Below are positions 24,793-39,322 of a stretch of 64,000 nucleotides of DNA, piece after piece (the stretch's first letter is position 1; each line of letters begins with the position of its first letter). The DNA is from Eledone cirrhosa. Its lineage: Eukaryota. The notes beneath the pieces are model-generated. The model ran no database searches. It had not been told where the DNA came from and saw only the letters and a list, made by a program, of their open reading frames with translations. The position numbers and the translations under genes are program-made. The stretch lies in NCBI GenBank assembly GCA_964016885.1, contig OZ024747.1, positions 3,906,001-3,970,000 of the forward strand, in the 5' to 3' direction.

Positions 24793-25853
24793 AAAACAAA
24801 AACCTGGTCTATTTAATCTTGTAACATAGAATTCTTGGAAGATATTTTGAGCTGCTGTTTGGTTGTTGGGGATTTTCGTTTGCAGGAATTTATCAAGTAC
24901 TTGAAAAAAGTGGAGGTGTCAGTTTTATTCAATTTCTGTTGAATCATTTACGAGATGTGGTTGGATGTTGTCATGAAGAAAAAAATTGGTTCTTTTTGAT
25001 TAAGCAATGCTGGTGATGAATACTGCAGTTCTAGGTGCATTCTTCTGATTTCTTGGCAATATGTTTCTCTTCTGATGGTTTCCCTAGGATTCACTAAATA
25101 GTAGTAGATGATTCTAGAAGACAACTATCAAATAATGGCCATAACGTTTTGATGCAGCATCAGTTTTAGAAAATAATTTGGTGCTTCACCTCAGTTCACT
25201 TCCTGCACATTTGTTGCTCTATAGAATACAGTTTTGTAATACTTCACAATTCTATCAAGAAAGGGTTTATTTTTGTTGTGCAAAACAAGCAGATTTTTTT
25301 AACCACTTGCTGACAGAATTCTGTTTGAATAAACCAACCATTGGAAGAATGGTTGAATGCTAAGTAACAAACTTTAAAAGCAGTTTAGATTGCTTTATAT
25401 TTAGTTTTAAGCTCATATAAAATTGTTTAAATTATCTTTTTTCTATTTTTAATTTGACAATTTAAAATAAACAAGAATAAACTGTCAAAGAAAAAGAAAT
25501 ACACATAAATCAGATAAAACTTGATTCAAAATGTTATTTTAGAGGTAGATTATTAAATAAAAGTTTTCCAAAATAAGCTATAAAATTAAAAATAAAAACA
25601 ATTATTTTTGCTCTGACCTAATAATACATTCATTTGATTGTGTAAATGAACTATATAGATTCAGAAATCTTGGCAGCTTTAATCAATCAAACTATGGTAT
25701 TTGATTGCAATAAATAACCATTTGAGATGATGAGATGGGAATGATAGTATCAAAAGTAAGATCTGAAATAAATGTAACTCTTATTTATCTCAGGAATGAT
25801 AACCCTAACATCATTTGATGTCATTAGTTATACATACATTTATCTATTTATAT

Positions 25854-25953
25854 TTATTTTCTGGGTTCGAAGGAAGGGGTAATGTCCATAATTTTCACAG
25901 GTTCTTTGAGATTGGGAAAGTAAAGCTGGGGATCATCACTATAAACTGATATG
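25854..25953 (-). CDS. Possible terminal exon (ISVYSDDPQLYFPNLKEPVKIMDITPSFEPRK*)
   Basis: Strong acceptor TTTTTTTTTTCTTGTAG on minus and 100 nt open to TAA. No upstream exon was identified with confidence. Confidence 0.4.
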
Positions 25954-26191
25954 CTACAAGAAAAAAAAAATGGTACATCAAGGGCATGAACCATTGAGAA
26001 CATTTGTTTACCTCTAGTGCAGGCATCTTTAACCATTGTGCCACAGTACACAAGTAGACTGTGTACTGTGTGCCATGAGTTTTTGAGGCAAGTCAGAAAA
26101 TATCAGGATATGGAGAAAAGTTCAAAGCACTCCACCAGTATATCTGCATATTTGTTTGCGACAAATTGCTGAGAGAAAGAGAGATAGAGAG

Positions 26192-26356
26192 AGAGTTAGT
26201 TCCACAACAAATTATCAAACCATACTCGAGGATGCACATTTCATAGAATGGATGGTTGTGGTGAGAACAGAATTTGTTGTAGAACTAACTCTATACCAAA
26301 CTCGTCCTTTCGACTGAGGCTCTACTTTCTACACATATAACCTTCTAGTGTTTTAC
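26192..26356 (+). mobile_element. Diverged fold-back mini-PLE (family of 29503 and 45526)
   Basis: 22-bp arms 26192-26213 and 26271-26292. Tail AACTCGTCC...GACTGAGGCTCTAC...ACCTTCTAGTGTT resembles the 45612-45671 tail. Confidence 0.6.
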
Positions 26357-26370
26357 CACTATATATATAT

Positions 26371-26890
26371 AAGTGTTGAAGTTTGCTTGAAGCATTGTGG
26401 AATAATGAAATTGGTCGTTTTGGAAGCCTCAACAATGCAGATGGGTAAATCTCCAGGAAACAGAATCCGGTGTTAATGAGAGAGATGTAAGAGGAAATGT
26501 AGAATGAGACGTGTAGTGTGTAGGGGAACGTAGGAAAGAGTGTAAAAATAATTGTTTCTACGTTAGGCACAAGGCCAGCAATTACCCAGTGTATTACTGG
26601 TACTTTATTTTATCGACCCCGTAAGGATGAAAGGCAAAGTTAACCTTGGCGGGATTTGAACTCAGAATGGCAAGGGCCGTAACTCTATACGTCAAAGCAT
26701 GCCGTCCGACCCTCTACCAATACTGCCAATCCACCACCCTAAAGAGTGTAAAAATAATAACCCGAGATAGTTACCTTGGAAGTGATTTAATTGTCCCTAT
26801 ATTTCCTCTTACATCTCTCTCATTACCACCTGATTCTGTTACCCAGAGATTTACCTATCTGCATTGTTGAGGCTTCCAAAACGACCAATT
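26371..26890 (-). mobile_element. Fold-back mini-PLE (family of 62216) with a SINE in its loop
   Basis: Arms 26409-26498 and 26801-26890; homologous to 62520-62784. Confidence 0.7.
26553..26740 (-). mobile_element. Full-length tRNA-derived SINE with an 18-bp TSD
   Basis: AAAGAGTGTAAAAATAAT at 26535-26552 and 26741-26758. Confidence 0.9.
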
Positions 26891-28022
26891 ATATATAATT
26901 ATATGTGTGTGTATGTATCTGTGCAATAGAGTAATAGAGTGGTTTGCTCAAAGAAATAGAATGTCAATTCTATATTTTAACAAATCTGTTTTATGCAAAA
27001 TCTTTAATTTTAATATCCTAATATATCCAACATTGTCTGGTGCTGAAACATAACTGCTAAAGTAAACTTAACCATATTGATACTCACACACATATACATA
27101 CAAACACATATACACACACACTTATATATATACATACACATACAAATATATATATACATACACATACCACACACAAACTTTTACATAAGCACTTATATAC
27201 CGTGCTGAGCAGAAATATATTAAAGGTGTATAAGAAAGAATTTAATAATATTCAAACTTGTCTCTAGCACCTGACGTCTTGTATATATTTCAAGCATTGG
27301 TGAATTTGTTATAACTTGTAAGAGAACATTGCTCTGGGAAATATTCTGATAAATACTTCAAACAAAATCACAAGAAGAAAAATATTAACAAGGAAAGAAC
27401 ACACAGAAAAATAAAAAATGTTCAAAATACTTCTTTAGCCTCAGTAAGGGTGACTTCTTCCTCACATTCTAATCAAGTCACCCATGCATAGAATTATCAT
27501 GGATGAATGATTTTAGACATCACAGCAACAGAGTAAAGTATGCCTGTGATGCTGAAGACTTTGGAAGAAGAATTTACAATAACATGTTTCATGCAAAGAA
27601 TAATAGGTTCTTCTCTTTTGTTTGTGTTTGTTTCTTTTCTTTATTTTTTTTTTTTTCGTTTTTTTTTCTTTACTTCTTGGATTCTTTGGTTTATTTTCAT
27701 GTTTTATTTTTTTATTTTCATAGCTTTGCATCAATTTTTTTTTCATGCTAGCCTTGGTAGAACATTTTATAAATTATGCATACAGACATACACACACACA
27801 TATATATGTATTTATTTTATATATATGCATACATACATACATGCATATGTAGCTATGTAGACACATGCACATATTCATATATATACATTACATACATATA
27901 TTGATACATGTAAACATGGATATAAACATGTATATATATATATATATTAGAAATTGTAATGTCAATATATATATATGTATGTGTATGTATATATATATAT
28001 ATATATATCTGTGTGTTTGTTT

Positions 28023-28530
28023 GTAAGAAATCGGAGAACAGACCGTTAATACATGTTTATTTAAAACACCACCTACGTACGTTTCGCCTGGATGGGCTTC
28101 TCAAGGGCATAAATTACTAAAAGTGTTCCTTACATGGCCCGGAAAGTATTTTGGGGGTAAGTTCACGTCATAGTTCATTCTTCGCAAAAAAAGCGTGTTT
28201 TGATTTTGCAGTAGGTCAAAATCAAAACACGCTTTTTTTGCAAAGAATGAACTATGACGTGAACTTACCCCGCAAAACACTTTCCAGGCCATGTAAGGAA
28301 CACTTTTAGTAATTTATGCCCTTGAGAAGCCCATCCAGGCGAAACGTACGTAGGTGGTGTTTTAAATAAACATGTATTAACGGTCTGTTCTCCGATTTCT
28401 TACTTTTCCACGGGCTTACACTCTGCTAACTCTCTTGCCCACTAAATATTAACACTTCTAATATCTAATACTGCCGGCACTAGTATTGAGCACCTTTTTC
28501 ATACGCTACTTGGCAAATAACTACATGTAT
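28023..28530 (+). mobile_element. Fold-back mini-PLE with 186-bp arms and a tail
   Basis: Inverted repeat 28023-28403 with an 8-nt loop at 28209-28216. Hammerhead followed by AATAAA in each arm; TTGAGCAC in the tail. Confidence 0.85.
28320..28354 (+). ncRNA. Minimal hammerhead, U3-A8 variant (mirror on minus at about 28072-28106)
   Basis: CC-TTGAGAA-GCC-catcca-GGC-GAAAC-GTAC-GTA-GG, with a palindromic loop III. Confidence 0.7.
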
Positions 28531-28577
28531 CACCTATCCCCCCCCCCCTTTTTTTTCTCTCTCTCGATACGTAAATA

Positions 28578-28625
<48 letters not shown>

Positions 28626-28653
28626 TTGTAATGTCAATATATATATATATATG

Positions 28654-28695
<42 letters not shown>

Positions 28696-29084
28696 AACAT
28701 ACACATGTGTATAGCAACACAGGTATAAAGGCCATAAGGTCTCTATGTGGTATGTCCAGCCTGAAAGAAATAGCAGCCAAATTTCCATCAAATTATTGTT
28801 AAGGACACATTTGTTAATTTAGTCCTAAACATGCTATGTCTAAAAAGAAAATGATGCCACGTTTATGGTTGGCAAACCTTTGATCATATGTGTGATTGGT
28901 TATTCCTGACCTGCAGTGAAATAAACAATACCAAAAATAGAATCACCATCACCATTATTTGTACCATTATGAGTACCAGCACCACATTACAGCCATTATA
29001 ATCATTATGAAAATCGTATTCAACATCACAAGTACCACCACTAAAACCTTTTTCTTCTTTTTCTTCTTCTCTGTCTTCTTCTTC

Positions 29085-29249
29085 TCTGGAGTTTCACCTG
29101 TTTATCACAAGAGTTCTTGTCTGATGACCTTGTAATAAACAGGTGAAACTCCAGATTAACAAGATTCACTTTTTAGCCATAATATAAAGAAATATATATA
29201 ATACTAAGATATAGAGTACTCCTTTCTCTCATTCGTCAACCTCATATGG

Positions 29250-29250
<1 letters not shown>
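29085..29250 (+). mobile_element. Short fold-back mini-PLE with hammerhead
   Basis: Arms 29085-29111 and 29129-29155. TCTTGT-CTGATGA-CCT...AGGT-GAAAC...TTA-ACAAGA gives a 6-bp stem I. TAGAGTACTC in the tail. Confidence 0.7.
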
Positions 29251-29301
<51 letters not shown>

Positions 29302-29465
29302 ATACTTGGGGAGGGTAATATTGTTGTAATAATATTGCCAGAATTAATAACAGAACACACTCACTTGGTTTGGTTGGTTTTCACTTCTGTACTTTTTATT
29401 TCTCCATAGTTAACTTATTTGACAATCAACGTTTATCATTGATTGACCAGTGGTAAAAAATACAG

Positions 29466-29501
<36 letters not shown>

Positions 29502-29502
29502 C

Positions 29503-29695
29503 TAGAACACCTGAAGGTAATATCCATAGTGGTAGAGCATTCAGTCCATGGGACGAGTTAGGTAGAAGTGGTAATACAACAGTTAGTTCACCATACCGAG
29601 AACAATTGTTTCACCTTAGCGGATCGTCAGCTGAGGATCCGCTAAGGTGAAACAATTGATCTTGGTATGGTGAACTAACTGTTGTATTACTACTT
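29503..29695 (-). mobile_element. Fold-back mini-PLE with 65-bp arms and no spacer; the axis is the start of the hammerhead core
   Basis: Palindrome 29566-29695 centred on CAG|CTG. CTGA(G/C)GA-TCCGCTAAGGT-GAAAC-AATT-G(A/T)T on both strands. Confidence 0.85.
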
Positions 29696-29711
29696 ATATA
29701 TATATATATAT

Positions 29712-29873
29712 ATAGGAACGAGTAGGACCCCGACGGCTTGAGATGAGCCGTCGAAACGGCTTAAGATCAGCCGTCGGGGTCCTACTCATTCCTATTACCC
29801 ACTCTACTACCCTAAGTATTGAGTACTTTGGTGCGTTATGGTCCACCTGGTTCCTTACCACATTTCCTTCATT
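29712..29873 (+). mobile_element. Fold-back mini-PLE (family of 31578 and 46943)
   Basis: ATAGGAACGAGTAGGACCCCGACGGCT versus AGCCGTCGGGGTCCTACTCATTCCTAT; tail with TTGAGTACTTT. Confidence 0.8.
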
Positions 29874-30120
29874 ATATATATATTCTTATTCACCCATTTA
29901 TGCCTGAGAGGGTTGTGGGGGAAGAGTCCTCAAAGACTCCTTCAAGTGGGTCCTGTCAGAAGCAACCCTCTCCAACTGATCTGGCTGGATCCCCAAGCGA
30001 GACCAACCAAGCTAATGGATGTTATCCAACCATCTTGTTCAGCTTTTACCATTGGGTCTCATGCTAGTTTGTTTTGCACATAAAATCTGTCCAGCAATAC
30101 ATACATATACATACACACAC

Positions 30121-30151
<31 letters not shown>

Positions 30152-30209
30152 TGTATGTATGTATGTATGTATGTATGTATGTATGTATGTATGTATGTAT
30201 GTATGTATG

Positions 30210-30690
30210 TTCTTCTGGTTTTATAATTTCACAAAGTTTTACCAATAGAGAGAGAGTCGGTTTCTAACATAGACACAAGACTCTCTCATTGGAATTTACA
30301 CAATATCAACTAGATAGATATGTATGTATGCATGCATGTGTAGATATGGATGTTATTGTATGTGTGGATGTGGATGTTTTGAGTTGTATGTGTGCATATG
30401 CTTTGTATCTGTACATGTGTATATGCAGTTTTTAGATGCAAAAGTTTTGGAATGTTTTACATATTTTTACTGTTCCATTAATGGATTGTACTTGTCGTTT
30501 CCTAACTAGTTGTGTTCTTTCTGTTCCTGTGAAGCCTAGCTTCTCAAGATTTGTATTGAGGCAGTTACTAACATACCCCAGTGCCCCAACAATCACAGGC
30601 ATAAATCTGAAGGTGTAATCGGGGTGGAGTATCTGAAGATTTCTCATCAGTTCTGCATAAATATTCTCCTTTTCACTAATCTTTGATATT
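30210..30690 (-). mobile_element. R4/Dong-type non-LTR retrotransposon 3' end inserted in (TACA)n
   Basis: KISEKENIYAELMRNLQILHPDYTFRFMPVIVGALGYV...QVQSINGTVKICKTF. The 3' end runs into (CATA)n at 30123-30209, with TATG repeats on the other side. Confidence 0.75.
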
Positions 30691-31515
30691 ATATATGTAT
30701 GTATGTATGTATATGTATATATCTAAGCATGTATGAATGTATGCATGCACGCAGAGAGAACGAGAGGAGGGGTGAGTGATTAAATGAGAGAGATAATAAA
30801 GATCTATATAGTCTATAATTACAGCTAGTTTACCATTCACCATAGTATTAAATAAGTAATTCTCCTCTCATCACAGATAAGATATTGATCAATTGCAGAA
30901 TGCTTTTATGGTTTTTCTATGTAAAAGAGGAATTGAACTCAGTAAATGCAAGATAAGACATCACAAGTGAAATCAAAAGTACTGTTAATATTTCAGAATG
31001 GTACATTATACCATTTAGTGACATGAGAGGTAAAGTCAACTGCTGAGAGATAAGTGGGTTGGATACTTGGACATTGACATAGTGTGATGAATAGCTAGGG
31101 AGTGACCAGCTATAACAACAATTGGCCCAGCTGTTTGTCTGGGACATTAGCCATGTCTAACTTAACCACTCATAACCCCACTTTCACTCTCTGTCTCTCT
31201 AGGTTGTCTCTCTCTCTCTCCCCCCCTCTCTCTCTCTCTATGTTGTCTCCCTCCCTCATGCACTGTATGTCCTCTCTTTCTCTGTATGTTATCTGTCTCT
31301 CTCTCCTCTCTCTTTAGGAGTTAGCCAGATTTTCTCTATTGCTGTTGTGTAAGATGATGAAGGACTGTGATGAGTGGTAAGATGCTGTGAGATCTATCCA
31401 GTATAACACAGGGAGAAATGGATACATATATATATATACACACACTACATATATGTATATATATATACACACATATATATATACACACACACACATATAT
31501 ATATATATGTGTACA

Positions 31516-31567
<52 letters not shown>

Positions 31568-31577
31568 TATATATATA

Positions 31578-31774
31578 TAACGGAAGAAATGTGGTAAAGA
31601 ACCAGGTGGACCATGACGCACCAAAGTACTCAATACTTAGGGTAGTAGAGTGGGTAATAGGAACAAGTAGGACCCCGACGGCTGAGCTCAAGCCGTTTCG
31701 ACTGCTAATTCTGGACAGAATTAGCCGTCGAAACGGCTTGAGCTCAGCCGTCGGGGTCCTACTCGTTCCTATTA
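31578..31774 (-). mobile_element. Fold-back mini-PLE with 60-bp arms carrying the hammerhead 3' half
   Basis: Inverted repeat 31655-31774 centred on CTG-GA-CAG. GAAAC-GGCT-tgagctc-AGCC-GTC-GGGG gives stem III and a GUC site. Flanked by (TA)n. Confidence 0.85.
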
Positions 31775-31791
31775 TATATATATATATATAT

Positions 31792-31830
<39 letters not shown>

Positions 31831-31925
31831 TATATATATATATACACACACAGATATATATATACACACATATATATATATATACACACACACACATATA
31901 TATATACACACATATATATATATAT

Positions 31926-33560
<1,635 letters not shown>

Positions 33561-33567
33561 TATATAT

Positions 33568-33624
<57 letters not shown>

Positions 33625-33631
33625 TATATAT

Positions 33632-33678
<47 letters not shown>

Positions 33679-33685
33679 TATATAT

Positions 33686-34670
<985 letters not shown>

Positions 34671-34841
34671 GGTTCGGACGATATTTGTTTGCAAGATTAC
34701 TGTCTTTGAAAAAATAACACAGTAGTTTTATTTTTTAAGATATATTTATCAAACTTAGGTCCGACTTAGGCCCGTAAAGGCACTTGTGATCCTGGCCTTC
34801 AGATCGTCTTTCGTATTGTAGCTAGATCTGTTGGTGTCTCA

Positions 34842-35135
34842 TTACCGGTTACGCATTTCTAATGCTTTTCAAAAGTAATTTTGAGATAGAGCGCCTGTGA
34901 TGTTTGCTCTAATCCAGATTAGAGCAAACATCACGGGCGCTCTATCTCAAAATTATTTTTGAAAAGCATTAGAAATGCGCAACCGGTAAAAACTTAAAAC
35001 TAAAACTGAATAACCAATACTTATTACTAATTTTTACTTATTCCTAATTAAACTATTTTCCACTGGGAACAATTTGTCAGCATTTTCTTTTCTTTTTACT
35101 AATATATCACAACTTGTGAGTTACACCTCTATTCT
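34842..35135 (+). mobile_element. Fold-back mini-PLE with 73-bp arms and a UUGAAAA-type hammerhead-like motif
   Basis: Inverted repeat 34842-34989. TTT-TTGAAAA-GCAT-tagaa-ATGC-GCAA-CCGG-TA-AAA, related to 60662-60697. Confidence 0.7.
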
Positions 35136-35651
35136 TTTAAATATATATATATATATATATAACGCATGTATGTATATATATATTTATAAATATATACATG
35201 AGTGTATGCATATATATATACATCTGTATGTATATATATGTATATATAAATATGTATGTGTATATTATGAATTGTACACTACTCAAAACATTTATAATGC
35301 TACCTTAGGTTTCGTTGCCAGACCTTCTCTCTCTCCTCACACATACATATATAAGGGAATTCATACACCATCCATCAAGTGTCTATAGATTGTGTTTGAA
35401 TTAGTTAAACATTTGCTGCGATGTTTTCTCTAGCATCTGTTTACATTTCTCAATATATGACAATGAATTATTTAATTGTATATTTAGTTAATGTATCAGT
35501 AATTCTATCTTTGTTTCAAATATTACATTTATTGGTAAATCGTTTCAATAGACACGGTCAGTCTTATTGTCTTCTCTGTAAAGACCTCTTGATATTACTG
35601 AACTGTCGTCATCAGAGATTGTAATTTAAATACATATACTGTATGTATGTG

Positions 35652-35733
<82 letters not shown>

Positions 35734-36450
35734 TATATATGTATATGTGTGTGTGTGTGTGTATATATGTATATGTGTGTGTGTGTATATATGTATATGT
35801 GTGTGTGTATGTATATATATGTGTGTGTGTATCTGTAAATATATATACACATTCATACATATGTATGTGTGTGTGTGCATATATATATATGCACACACGC
35901 ATATATATATATAGACACGTACACATTTATAGTGTGGTGTGTACACATTATATTATCAGTTAAGTGTTTTGCATTCGGTTATTGTATTTATTTAGTAAGG
36001 AAATATCTTGTGTGTGTTCCCGATATAGTTCATCTCATCAAATCACAATTGAGTGCAAAATAATCATAAATACTGAAGCAAACTCTACTAGTATTTATAT
36101 TAGCTATTTGTTGTGTTGTGTTTGTGTTTGTATTTATTTTGTTGTTTATTATGTGTTCTCTGGCAGACATTAAGTTGACAGGGGCAGAAGTGAATGAGTT
36201 ATTATAATTTTATTGGTCAAAGCTAACAGTGATATCGCAGTAAATTAAAAAGATTTAAAAAATATATGAAAATTATTCAAAATAAAATATGAAAAATAAG
36301 AGACCATATCTTAATAATTATTGCTGTAAAAAGTAATAAGAGAATCAAAAGTAAAATAATGCAATATAATGGATGTTACTAGAAACATTATGACTATTAT
36401 ATTATCATTATTGTTTGCTTTTGAAAAGTAGTGAGTTTGATGAAATATAG

Positions 36451-36824
36451 TTAACCCTTTTGATACCAAACTGGACAAAACTGGCTCTCATTCTATGAAA
36501 AATAACCCATTTTACAGGGTTCCTATTTAAAATAAATTATTCCAAACTCCTGAAGTAAACAATTATGGTTGTGCTTAGTATGCTGTTAACCATTTTGTTA
36601 CCAACCCAGCCAAAACCTGCTCTGGATAAATGAAATAAAATCACTGATTTTAAATGTTTCCAATCTAAATTAAAATCTTCCAACATAATTTTATATAAGA
36701 ACCTTATATTAAGTTAATATCTTAGTAAAGAAATGATTAATAATTTTAGCAAATCCCTCAAAATTCTTCATTAATTGATTTAAATAGATTGTATTTCATT
36801 AGAAATGCAATCATGAAAGGGTAA
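36451..36824. mobile_element. Degenerate piggyBac-type MITE(s)
   Basis: TTAACCCTTT at the left end, a second TTAACCATTTTGTTACCA at 36586, and AAAGGGTAA at the right end. Confidence 0.45.
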
Positions 36825-37084
36825 AAAGAGAAAACCTTTAGTTTCAATACTCTCCTTCTTTAGATTGTCCTGCATTTCTAATTCTGTCTGATTCTACTGT
36901 CTCTAATAACTAAATTATAGTGGGCAGTGCATTCTTTCCTACGATAAAAGTTAATATTCATAACCATCAATCTATCCCATTTTCTAATAAACATGTAGTT
37001 AATATGGACCTGGATTACATGTTTGTGGGATTGGTAAAACTTATTTAAAAGTGGAGGAGCTAGATGTATTTGCATCTTTGCCCT

Positions 37085-38045
37085 CACTGACACTGAAAAG
37101 AAGGTAGCATGGAAGTGCCACTATGAAAGATTGCTGAATGAGGAGAATGCATGGGATGAAAATAATTTAACCCACAGAGGGATTGGCTGTACAAGTCAGC
37201 AGTAGTCTAGTAAGTAAGGTAATCAAGGATATGAAAGCGAGCAAGGCAGCTGGACCCTCAGGCATAGTTGCAGAGATGCTGAAAGCATCAGGAATGATGG
37301 GCGACAGCACAGTCACCTGCATTGTAAAGCAGGTAATTCAGAACAGCTGCATCATCATCAATAGCCACAAGAGCAAAGGAGATGCTTTAGACAGAGAAAA
37401 CTATAGAGGCATCAAGTTGGTTGACCAGGTTTTGAAGGTCACAGAAAGAGTTATAGCACAGCTGATTAAGGAATGAGTTAACCTAGACGAGATGCAGTTT
37501 GGATTTGTGCCAGGTAAAAGTACCATGGGAACTCTTGTATGCAAATGATCTAACCATTATAGCTGAGTCTATGGCTGAATTAGAGAAGAAATTCCAAATC
37601 TGGAAACATGTCCTGGAATCAAAAAGTCTTAAAGTAAGCTTGGCAAAGACTAAAGTTCTAGTAAGTAAAAAGGAAAACAGGACCCAGATCTTAAAACTTT
37701 GGTATTGTACACAGGACCAGCCCACAAACAGGGTGCCACTGGTCCCATCCATTGCATCGAGAATAAAGACCACATACTAGGGTTCAAGGGGTCTGCTAAA
37801 ACATCCGAGAGATCTATATGGTGTGCATGAGATGCTTTCAAGAGACATCTCTACATTCTACTGACCAAGATCCCAGATAAAGCCACAGCATGAGCTGAAG
37901 CACAAATAAGAGCAGCAGCAACAAACTCCCTTTTACATCAATGACCAGCCAAGGAAGACTGGCTATAGAAAGTGTAGCATCGGTGGCAGTGCTCCAGTAT
38001 GTCCTCAGCCCTTCAGCTGGAACGCAAGTATAAATAAATATATAT

Positions 38046-38092
<47 letters not shown>

Positions 38093-38337
38093 CAATAAGA
38101 CAATATGCCCTCCCACCCTGTAAAGTGGCCATGTAGGTGCCATGGTATAAAAGCATCCAGCACTCACTGTAAATGAGGTTGGTGTTAGGAAGGGCATCCA
38201 GCTGTAGAAATCAAGCCAGAATCAGTTCCTGTATGAGCAAGGCATGGTCACCCAACCTGACATTGCCCACAACAGGACAACCCATCTAACTCATGCTAGC
38301 GTGGATGAACGGACGTAAAACAGTGATGATGATGATA
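37085..38337 (+). mobile_element. Degenerate, internally deleted RTE LINE with its 3' UTR
   Basis: KAAGPSGIVAEMLKA; KGDALDRENYRGIKL; PWELLYANDL. The 3' UTR at 38098-38337 is nearly identical to 33250-33475. Confidence 0.85.
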
Positions 38338-38538
38338 TATATATATATGAGAGAGAGATTCAATCTGAAGGATGGTAGCTGGAGGTTTTGTAAAAAACAT
38401 TCAAAGCATTCCTGCTACATCTTTACAGCGACAATTGATGTGTTACATATGTAGCTTAATATTGGCGTCAGTAATAAGATTTCCAACACCAGTAAATTCC
38501 TTTATCCACCTAAACCTAAAAATAATTCACATAATGCA

Positions 38539-38617
<79 letters not shown>

Positions 38618-38967
38618 CCACAAGCACTTGGAAAACACATGCATACACTTACACATTTTTATATCTATATATATATTATATAAAAACCAAAGTGTGTGTG
38701 TACATATACTTATGTATATATGTATATATATATATATACATATGTGTGTGTGTATGTGTGTGTAGGCAGGACTTGCATGCGTGTCAGTGCATGTATGTGT
38801 TTATGTGCGCAGAGATTTTTTCATATGCGTATATATATGTACAAACACTATACAGGTATATATTTGTGTGTATGTCTCTTCAGATATGCATTGCATGTAT
38901 TAAGGATATTATAGCTTAAGATATCAACAATAGTAAAAATAAATTTTACAAGTAGATGATAGTTTTG

Positions 38968-39073
<106 letters not shown>

Positions 39074-39106
39074 ATATGTGTATATATATATATATATATA
39101 CATATG

Positions 39107-39138
<32 letters not shown>

Positions 39139-39139
39139 C

Positions 39140-39188
<49 letters not shown>

Positions 39189-39201
39189 CATATATATATA
39201 C

Positions 39202-39236
<35 letters not shown>

Positions 39237-39237
39237 C

Positions 39238-39321
<84 letters not shown>

Positions 39322-39322
<1 letters not shown>

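Noticed and set aside
23876-24793. 305-aa ORF and the many other YI/HT/CV-rich ORFs in the track
   Set aside because: They are translations of (TA)n, (CA)n and (TACA)n microsatellites.
24800-25370. Coding-like non-repetitive stretch, possibly a PLE N-terminal region
   Set aside because: Multiple stops and no motif I could recognise.
26950-27350. Possible minus-strand exons upstream of 25953 (similar candidates near 43570-43630, 44231 and 58406-58456)
   Set aside because: Splice-like signals exist, but phases and homology could not be made consistent.
35535-35618. Minus-strand CTGATGA...GAAAC followed by AATAAA
   Set aside because: Possibly a decayed hammerhead, but stems I and II do not pair convincingly.
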